From Eledone cirrhosa (lineage: Eukaryota): 64,000 bases of DNA. The stretch is taken from positions 94,922,001 through 94,986,000 of the forward strand of contig OZ024742.1 in NCBI GenBank assembly GCA_964016885.1. The letters run 5' to 3'. The notes beneath the pieces are model-generated. The model did not search any database and was not told where the DNA came from. It worked only from the letters and a program-made list of their open reading frames with translations. Positions within the stretch are counted from its first letter, which is position 1, and every line of letters begins with the position of its first letter. Positions 54,493 to 64,000 of the stretch are shown piece by piece. The position numbers and the translations under genes are program-made.

Positions 54493-54828
54493 GAAGGCAC
54501 ATGGTTTAGTGGTAAGAGCATTGGGCTTGCAATCAAAAGGTTGTGAGTTCAATTCTCAGACCAGGTGATGTGTTGTTTCCTTGAGCAAGACACTTTATTT
54601 CACATTGCTCCAGTTTACTCAGCTGTAGAAATGAGATGATAGGACTAGGGTCCTTATCATTCCATTGCAAAGTGGTTGTGGAGGTGCCACGGCAAAAAAC
54701 CACCCAGCACTCACTGTAAATGAGGTTGGTGTTAGGAACGGCATCCAGCTGGTAGAAATCAAGCCAGAATCAGTTCCCGTCCCACCCTTGCAAGCAGGGA
54801 AAAGCGGACGTAAAATGATGATGATGAT
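54493..54828 (+). mobile_element. CORE-like SINE (family C), full length
   Basis: A/B boxes, CORE-like domain, RTE-derived 3' end with (GAT)n tail. Confidence 0.88.
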
Positions 54829-55749
54829 CATCATCATAAGATAAATGTTATTGTGTAACTAATTATTATAATATTGTCATTCTAGTAAAAATTTACAAAC
54901 TGTGTTTATGTCATCAGCATAGTATATATTTTGTAAGGTGTACCTATTTCATTGTTTGCTGGCTGTATTTTTACTCACAACATTTTAAAGCTATATTTAT
55001 CTTGATTGAATTAATAAGTTGTATATACTTAAGTTTGTGTGCTAAACCTTTTGTTGTACCCTTCTCTAACATTGCAACTTCCAAGACTTTCATTCCTGCA
55101 CATGTTTTCTAATAAATCCTCAACAATGCAGTATTTCCAAGCATTTATCAAATTAATTTAATCAAGTTATTTCTACACCCAGTCAATAAAAGTCTAAAAT
55201 CCATAACGTCCCTCCGTTCTTCATGCTAACAGGCTATATATATATATATATATGTTGTATCCATCTATATCAGAAACAAAGATATTTCATATATATTATG
55301 AGGATGCTTCCATATAGGTGTAGGCATGACTGTGTGGCTAAGAAGTTTAATTTGCAATAACATGGTTTTGCAATCACTCTTACTGTGTGGTACTTAGGGT
55401 AAGTGTATTCAATTATAGCCTTAGGTTGACCAATGTCTTATGAGTGAAAATTTGCTAAATGTAAATTACAGAAGCCCATAATATGTGTGTGTGAGCCTAT
55501 GTCCATTTTAATTCATTTGAGACTGTTCTGCAACTTAACAGTTTGAAAAGATATTGATAGAATAATATAAGTATTGGGGTTTTCTAAAAAGGGTTAACCT
55601 AGTCATAGATTCAAGCTTACTATACATATGACATTCCCATAACTTGCACTGTGAAAAACAACAAATCTTTATCCACACAAATTCATAACAAATTGTGGAG
55701 TGTGACATGTGGCTTCAGAATAGAAGGAAACAAACAATGGTTTATTTAA

Positions 55750-55989
55750 CCCTTTTGATACCAAATAGTTCACAGCTTCCTCTGGTTCTGTGAAAGAAAA
55801 ACTCCCATTTAAAAACGTTCTTATTTAATTAAAACCAATCATCATAATTTTATATAGGAATGGTTTGATATGTTATGTTGCAAATACCATCTTAAAAATG
55901 AAGTAATTAATAATTTAAGTATTTTCAGCTAAATTCTTTGCCAATTAATTGAAACAGTGTATTCCATTATAGGTATGGTCACAAAAGGA
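55750..55989. mobile_element. piggyBac-like MITE
   Basis: TTAA|CCCTTTTGATACCA ... TGGTCACAAAAGGA|TTAA. Confidence 0.6.
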
Positions 55990-56928
55990 TTAATATGTTC
56001 TAAATGTATAATAAGCTTTCTGTTTGAACTTGCCATGTGTTTCATTGATCAAAGTTGATTCAAACTACTCAGAAACACTATTAACAGCAATAGTCATTAT
56101 ACATACCATTGTATTCTTTCAGGTAACTTGGAAATGTGAAGTTTCAGGTGATAATTTCTTACATTGGCAGAGTCATTAATCATCATCATCATTTTTACAA
56201 CAGCATTTCGATGATGGCATGGGTTAAATGAGTTCCTTCCACTTGTCTTTTTCCAATGTCATCTCCTGAGGTCAACTTCTGACCACATCTTCCTCTTCTG
56301 CTGCTTTCTTCCACCTAGGACTCCTGGACTTTTATCACTCAACAATCATTATCTATATATGCCTTGCTATATTTATTCTGGCTGTATAAAATCAGAGATA
56401 AAATGCTATTGAAGTCAATTTCACCTTTCATTGTTTCAAGATTATTAAAGTAATGTCTACATCTATAGGAATGAGTTGGCAGACATTTTAGAAGTGAGAA
56501 GATGCCTTGTAATATCTCATCTGGCCTTTTGCCAGCTGAGATTTTGGGAGGTAAATTTCATTTACTTTCCAGTTTAATACCACCGCTTGGTCATTGGATG
56601 CCTTAAGTATTATTCACTCTGGTGTTAGCATTTTGGATTAGTCTCTGGTCTGTGAATGGTTTACTAATTTTCTCTCAGTAGTTTAGGACTTTAAATAATA
56701 AAGGGTCTTGCACATAACTCCCAGCAAGTGTTTCAAAGCCCTTTTCTCTGCTAAAGTAGGGATTGGCATTGCAAACCTCATGATGAGCTTAATTATGTTC
56801 AATGTAGGGTCCTTTATGAGGCAATGCTTTATGGCCTTATGTTCCCCTGTTCAGCATACCAAAATACTTGCCTGCCTGTGTCAATAAATGAAATATTTAT
56901 GACTTCTTAATTTATTAAATCCATTTAA

Positions 56929-57248
56929 CCTTTTTGATGATAAACCACCTGGAAGTACCCCAGGATCTACAATACAGATCAGTTTGTTTTAAAGTGCTTG
57001 TAGTTACATAAAAATCTTCCATCATAACTTTCTGTAAGAACTAATCTCAGTTTAATAATGTCATAGATGATTATTTTACTAAATCCCATCAAATTTCGGA
57101 TTATTTTCAAAATTATTTGAAAATCGTAGGCTGTGTGTTTCATTAGAATTATAGTAACAAATGGATTATGTTATGCTTCCAGCATAAGCTTAATAATGAG
57201 AAGGATATTTTAGTAAATTTCTCCAAACTCTTGGTGGTTATGAAAGGG
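56929..57248. mobile_element. piggyBac-like MITE
   Basis: TTAA|CCTTTTTGAT..AACCACC ... GGTGGTTATGAAAGGG|TTAA; related ends at about 600-620, 30248-30462 and 31100-31120. Confidence 0.55.
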
Positions 57249-58460
57249 TTAACGTATCTTAGCAGTATATTTAAGAACATTTCAACCATTTCCTCATAAA
57301 TTGCCAGTGGGATCCACTGCCATGAATACAACAGTATACACATTCTCTTTATGTATTGAATTGAGCAATTATTACATTCATAATATACTACTAACTATCT
57401 AAATCAAATACATTGTATTTCGATCTATATTACTCTATTAGATTTCAGGTAGCATAGTGTCTGATCAGCAAGATATCCTGTAAGCATCAATCAAATACTA
57501 GGATCCATGTAATTGATTCTCTTTCCCGCAAAATTTCTCATCTTGTATCTATTTTACAAAGAATTATTTCTTCGACAGTGTGGGTAGTAGATTGACAGTA
57601 TCAGTAGGGCATTGGACAACATTCTTTGCAGTATATAGTTACATCCTGTACATTTTGAATTTAATTCCTGCCAAGGTTAGCTTTGCCTTTCATCCTTATA
57701 GGCAATAAAATAAAGTACCCATACCATATTGGAGTCGATTTAGACGATTTTTCTATCCACCAAAATTGTCGGCCTTGTGCCTAAATCAGAAACCTTTACT
57801 TCTTTAATAGTTTTCTGCAAGTTTCTGCTGCATCACCAGAGGCTCATTTGTAATCCTGAGATGTGTGCAGTATTGTGTATATATTTTTTGTGGTGGGGAG
57901 TATAATCTCATGTTAATGTACTGTTATGTTTTCTGGAGTTTAGCATGCTGTTTCTGATGATATTGTAATATTCTTTCTGTTGAGTAGAGTATGTGTAATG
58001 TATTTTGTGTTGTAAATATGTTAAAAATATATTGCATAATTAATGTAATGTGGTTCAATGTTAAGTAACTTGTGTGTGCTTTAAGTAATATTAATGTGTT
58101 GTAACTGTATAGAGTGTTGGTTGTGTGAGTTACTGATGTTGCTGTGTCAATTATCAATTGTAGAAGAGTATCTATTGTTTTATTTTATTGTGGGTAAAAT
58201 GAAAAATTGGCTGTTAGAGCATTAGATTTAAAAAAATTGCTTCCTTATTTGTTCAGGCTCTCTGTGTGTGATTTTAAATCTCATTGAGGTAAACTTTGCC
58301 TTTCATCCTTTCAAGGTTGATATAATTTAGTACCAGGAAAGTAGTGGGTGTTAATGTATCCAAATTTGCCTACCTCACAAATTACTGGCCTTGTGCCTAA
58401 GTTAAAAACCATTAAGCTGGTCTTGTGCTTATGTTAGAAGTCATTATGTTATTGGGTATT

Positions 58461-58640
58461 GGGCGGTGAATTGGCAGTATCGGTAGAGGGTCGGACATAG
58501 TTATGTCCCTTTACGATCTGAGTTCAAATCCGGCCGAGGTTAACTTTGCCTTTCATCCTTACGGGGTCGATAAAATAAAGTACCAGTAATGTACTGGGTG
58601 ATTGCTGGCCTTGTGCCTAAAATAGAAAAACAATTATTTT
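58461..58640 (+). mobile_element. SINE family M, full length
   Basis: Head GGCGGTGAATTGGCAGTATCGGTAG, B-box GAGTTCAAATCC, central GCCTTTCATCCTTACGGGGTCGATAAAATAAAGTACCAG, AT-rich tail. Confidence 0.88.
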
Positions 58641-59097
58641 ATTGGGTATTAATCCTGTCGATTATATGTTGTGTGAATTGTATTATTTTATTGGGTGGTT
58701 ATTTTATTGGGCCTCACCTCTGTGTGGAGATTATACTGTTTGAATTAGGCTATTGAATTGATAAAATCTTGTATAGGATGAGGGTTGTTCTTAGAAGAGC
58801 TATTTGTTGGATTATGTGAAATGCTGTAAACCTTTATATGGCTTCTAAGATTTTGTTCATATATTTTATCATTTCTATTATTATTATTAGATTTCTGCCT
58901 GAACTTAAAGGTAAGTTTTTGATTATTTCTCTGACATGTTCCACTCATTTGTTTTTAGTATTACTGTTTTACACATTGCCCAATTTTGTTCTTTATCCTA
59001 ACACAGTAACACTTGGTATATTTCAGTGTTAGGCAGTTGTGAAAGCATTGCCTTTTCTGTTTCAGCACACACACACACACACACACACACAAATACA

Positions 59098-59161
<64 letters not shown>

Positions 59162-59205
59162 AGCATTGCCTTTTCTGTTTCAGCACACACACACATACAA
59201 ATACA

Positions 59206-59242
<37 letters not shown>

Positions 59243-59244
59243 CA

Positions 59245-60345
59245 GATGCAGCGATCCCGCGAGTGGTGCCACTCATACCAAGTGATTCCTTGAAGTGCTG
59301 GAGACGAACGGGTACCCTACCCCGCTCACAAACAGAGTAAGATACACCAGACACAAGAGACAGAGAAACACCCAAGGCAAGTGCTTCCTTAAAATACCAC
59401 ACCTGGGCGAGAATACCACCAACCCTATCCGCAAGGCTATACGGAGGGAGGGCCTCGACATCCACCTGGCTCACTCGGGCCCCTCCCTGCGAAGATGCCT
59501 CTCCAGGAAACCCCGGAAATCAACTGACGCGTGCTCCCTCAGAGACTGCCCGATGCGCCATACGAACTGTTGCCTATGCACATACGTCGTGTATAAGATA
59601 GAATGCAACAACCAATACTATATAGGTAGCACAATTCGGCCGCCGCACATCCGGATCAAGGAGCACACTAACACCAGGGCCTCGTCTTTCCGGAAACACA
59701 TAGCCAAATGCGGAAACAAAGACGGAAGGCCCATTGTCATAATTCTAACGACAGAAAGAAACGTCGGCACATTACGAATAAAGGAAGCACTTTGGATTAA
59801 ACGCCTAGGGCCACAAATAAACAACCGATCCGAGAGAAGCGAAATGAGGTGGTTGGTTTAAGTAAACAAACGATACAGCAACACACGCACAAGCAAGGCA
59901 GCAACACACGCACACACACACACACAGTAGCATTCCACCATACGAACATACTACACTGCCAATACAGACGAACGAGGCAACAACACACCCACACACACAC
60001 TCAAGCGAGACAACAACACACGCACACACACACACAGTAACATTCACCAAACAGGCAGAGAATACTATGGACTGACAGCTAACGCCACCCCACTCCCACA
60101 ATTGAAAGAACTATTTCAGCCGCCGACATCTGCTTGACCGACCCCATTTCACGCGCACGCGCGCTCTGCTGAATACCTCAGATATTCAAAACAACGAACA
60201 GCGGAGGACACGTTTCGCACCTTTCCGACAGACAACCCCCCATCCCCCCGGAAAAAAACCCCAGTTGATGGATGTGAATCCGAAATATATAGGGACAATT
60301 AAATCTCTCCCAAGGTAACTGTATCTCGTGTTATTATTTTTATCC
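59245..60345 (+). mobile_element. Penelope-like element family C, 5'-truncated
   Basis: ORF 59295-59861: LETNGYP, LKIPHLG, C.LRDC, VVYKIEC..YYIGSTIRPPHIRIKEH, LRIKEALWIKRLGPQINNR (GIY-YIG); HHR-like motif at 60259-60294. Confidence 0.85.
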
Positions 60346-60359
60346 TTTACGCTCTTTCC

Positions 60360-60448
60360 TACATTCTTCTACTCGCTACATTCTTCTACACGCTACATTC
60401 TTCTACACGCTACATTCTTCTACATACTACATTCTTCTACACGCTACA
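60360..60448. repeat. 17-bp minisatellite (TACATTCTTCTACACGC)
   Basis: About 5 tandem copies. Confidence 0.85.
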
Positions 60449-60620
60449 CATCTCAATGTACACTCACTTACATCTCTCTCTTTCCACCACCAGATCTTGT
60501 TACCCGGAGATTTACCCATCTGCATTGTCGAGGCTTCCAAAATGACTTAAAGAAATATACCTTATTATTCCACAATGTTTCAAGCAAAGTTCAATACTCT
60601 CTTATATATATATATATATG

Positions 60621-60682
<62 letters not shown>

Positions 60683-60686
<4 letters not shown>

Positions 60687-61367
60687 AGACGTAAAATAAG
60701 AAAATTATAAAATTAACTTACTTACTAAAATATCACTTCCAACTAATTAGTTTCTGGAATGACTGTTATTTAGACACAACTTATATATTTGCTAGCACTG
60801 ATATGCATCTGTATGTATATATATGGTACTAGATATGAATTCTTTATTATTATCTCCAAATTATTTGTCGAGCAATATTGGCCATGACTGCTGCTACGGT
60901 TGTAGGCAGGCCGCTGTCTTATTAGCAAACCACTTTCCACTGATTGACCTCGATGTCACGTGTTCGATTCTTTTTGAATTTGCTACAGACGTAGAGGCAG
61001 TGATTTTCTCAATGGCTTGGAATTCAGTCCACGCTTCGCTATTTCCTATCCACTGAATTATTTTTTAATAAGTTTCCAGTGTCCTCGCTTTGCCTGGAAA
61101 CTTACATGAGAATAGACTTTCCTGACGACAGAATGCTTCTTTATATTATTCTTCTGAAAATATGTTTACTCCATTCCAGAAACTAATTAGTTGGAAGTGA
61201 TATTTTAGTAAGTAAGTTAATTTTATAATTTTTTTATTTTACGTCTCTTATATTATTGTTCTGCAACTCCATGCATTGAACCACACTGTTATTAAGACAA
61301 AACCTATATATTTGCTAGCATTGATATGCATCTGTATGTATATATATGTTACTAGATATGAATTCTT

Positions 61368-61373
<6 letters not shown>
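60683..61373 (+). mobile_element. Second retrozyme-like copy: 1.17 units plus inverted 5' arm
   Basis: 60762-61373 is the reverse complement of the 16-kb unit, with 60762-60850 recurring 523 bp later at 61285; 60683-60761 is an inverted copy of about 61172-61250; (TA)n on both sides. Confidence 0.82.
61116..61198 (+). ncRNA. Type I hammerhead ribozyme (retrozyme)
   Basis: ACTTTC-CTGACGA-cAGAATG..CATTCCa-GAAA-CTAATTAG-TT-GGAAGT. Confidence 0.78.
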
Positions 61374-61434
<61 letters not shown>

Positions 61435-64000
61435 CTTATGATTGCTAGTTTATACTACGTACAATGCCATTGTGGTGCCATTGTTGTTGGACCTCCATTG
61501 CTTCTGATGAGTGATCTAATTCTTTTATCAATAGTACGGCTTGCTCATGAAATTAACTTGTAAGTTAGCTGAGCATTCCATAGATACATATACTTTAACT
61601 TAATTCTTAGGGATATTCAGCATGCCACAGTGTGTGAAAAGTGTCTTTCTTGCTCAAAGTCACAATGCATAGCCAAGAGTACAATTCACGACCTTACAAT
61701 TGTTTCCCAAACAGCTTCACTGCTAATACATTAGCTGCAAAGATTAGATAGACATATCTACATCCGTGCCTATGTGTTTAGTATGCACATTGTAAATAAA
61801 ATTGAGATGTATTTCCTGATTGGGATATAGAGGTACTCATTGACTTTAAACAATATTATGTTCCTACGAAGAGGTCGTACGTCAATATGGATGTAACTCA
61901 AAGACCTATATGTAGAACTTGGTGGCATGAGTATTTGATATGCTTTACTCAGATGCATTGTACTATATGACTAATATATTTTATATTTTCATGGATTATT
62001 TTACATATTTACCATTATATTTCATTTTTTCTTTTTATAATTTTCTTGCTATTATTTCATGTTATGGTTAAGATTATTCTGGGAAAGCCAGTACAATACA
62101 CGTTAGAACTACAAGAGTGAAAATTAAAGTAGAGTGAAGAAAGAAGACCAACTTAAGACATTTTATGCTCATCATTTTTACAGATAGTATTTTATAGTGT
62201 AAGGGTCTGCAAATATTTTGGGAAGTGGGTTGGATTGAAAATATGTTTGTCTTTTGGACCAAGGCAAATATAAAATGAAACCATGATCATATGAAAATAA
62301 TTTGTTTATTTAATTTATGTTCATGTTTTGCATCATAAGTAATACAGATTAGAGAGAGAGAGAAGGAAAGAGTGACGTTAACTTTAAGCATCCTGTTATA
62401 GTGAACAGATAGGTTTTACATGATATTGAGAAAACTTGTGATGGTGCTGTTTGAAGATATACAACTGCATTGAATGTAAGGGTATTTATCTGCTGAAGCA
62501 TAAGTGATGTAAAGAGATGTGCTTGTGTGCACAAAACATGAATGGTTATAACTGCAAGAAGTTGTAAGCCATGTAAGTCATATCTCAAAAAGTGCTTGTA
62601 TTTCTAAAGTTTTATGATAGAAAAGTACTTGAAAATTATTATTCTATATTGTTTGATTGCTTTAAAAGCAGCAATAACTCTATATCCTATGTTTGTTTCA
62701 CAAAAAAATCTGAAGAATTCAGCTGCAATTCAAGTGTCTATATATATGTAAAGGAATAAAATTGGACTTGCAGGTTCCAATACAGGTTTCATACTTTTTA
62801 TGGGGTCCTTTTGAGACAATATTTTACGACTGGATGGCTTTCCTTGTGCTAAACTATTTTGTTGTAGCTTATGACAAGCAGGGATATGGTGTGCCTATAT
62901 TAAACTGGATTCATACAGAATACTATCTTAATTAACTGAGCTGTAGTAAAAATATAGTAATTGTTATCATTACTGCCACTTCACAAATATTAGTCAGTAT
63001 TTTATAATAGCACCAACATTACTATTTTACAGAGTGCAGTCCGTTAAGGGTTAGTGCTGGTATACAATCAAATGCACCCAGTATAGCCTGTAAAGTAGTA
63101 GTGCTGGTGCCATGATAAAATCCACCCCATATACTCTGTAGGGTCTAGTGTTTATACAATGATGAAATACAGCCAGTAGACTTTGTAAAGTGTTTGGCAT
63201 TAGGAAAAGCATCCAGCTGTAGAAACCATGCAAAAATATGAGTGGGACAAGGTTTTCTAATTCATTCAGTTTAAAACTGTCACAACTTATCCAAACAATG
63301 CCACTATGGAAAGTGGTCATAAAATGATAATTTTGATATTTTCTCTTATCCAATTTAATCATATTCACCACCACTGTCATCATAATTCCTTACACACTTC
63401 AGTATTAACTCAAATTTATCCAGCAATGACTGATTATCTCCAGGCATTGCTAGATTATTTTAGACGTGATGTGATGTGTTTGTCAAGTAGCAAATCTGTA
63501 AACTTAGTCATTCGTTTTTAAACTACCCAGTCCGTAATCTATCTACATATATATGTCTCATACTTACACACACATCAGGCATATGAGGATGGGGGCGGGC
63601 AGAGATTACATATAAAACAATATAAAGAAAATAAAAAGAAATAAGTACATTATAGCAATATCTTATTCATAAATAAAATGTATAAATAAATCAGTGATAC
63701 TTTTATATAGCTACTATAGTCTCGATTCATCAGGAAGGCATTGCTGTGATTTTTGTCAAGTTGGTACATCCTTTGTTTTTTCTTCTTTTTTAACCTCTTA
63801 TGTTCCAAACACCATCTTAATAATGAGAAACTATTAAATCTGGCCAAAATCTTGAATATTGTCACAATTATTTGAAACTGAATGACATGGTTTTCATTAA
63901 AAATATGGTAACAAAAGGATAAATAGATGAATACCATTTTCCTCAGTGATTTTTGTATGGAGACCTCACAGGTGACAGATAATCAGTTGGAAGGGTTAAT

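Noticed and set aside
59041-59236. Direct duplication of ~50 bp plus microsatellite (similar case at 43816-43905)
   Set aside because: Ordinary local slippage duplication.

Overview
AT-rich, repeat-dominated eukaryotic DNA with no confidently identifiable host gene. The SINE/LINE repertoire and microsatellite load suggest a cephalopod (Octopus-like) intron or intergenic region; this is inference. Recognisable content: a 5'-truncated RTE LINE (25950-28100, -) plus many RTE fragments, three tRNA-headed SINE families, six Penelope-like element (PLE) copies from three families carrying hammerhead ribozyme (HHR) motifs, an internally deleted Helitron with both termini (38840-42388), a deleted pogo/Tigger transposon, hAT and piggyBac-like MITEs, and a ~350-bp-arm fold-back duplication. 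The most notable signal is a non-coding ~522-bp unit containing a type I hammerhead. It occurs at two loci (16346-17442 and 60683-61373) in different circular permutations, both inside (TA)n, and one copy has the PLE-style inverted 5' arm. This fits a circular-RNA retrozyme mobilised by PLE machinery. Nearly all ORFs in the supplied track are microsatellite translations.
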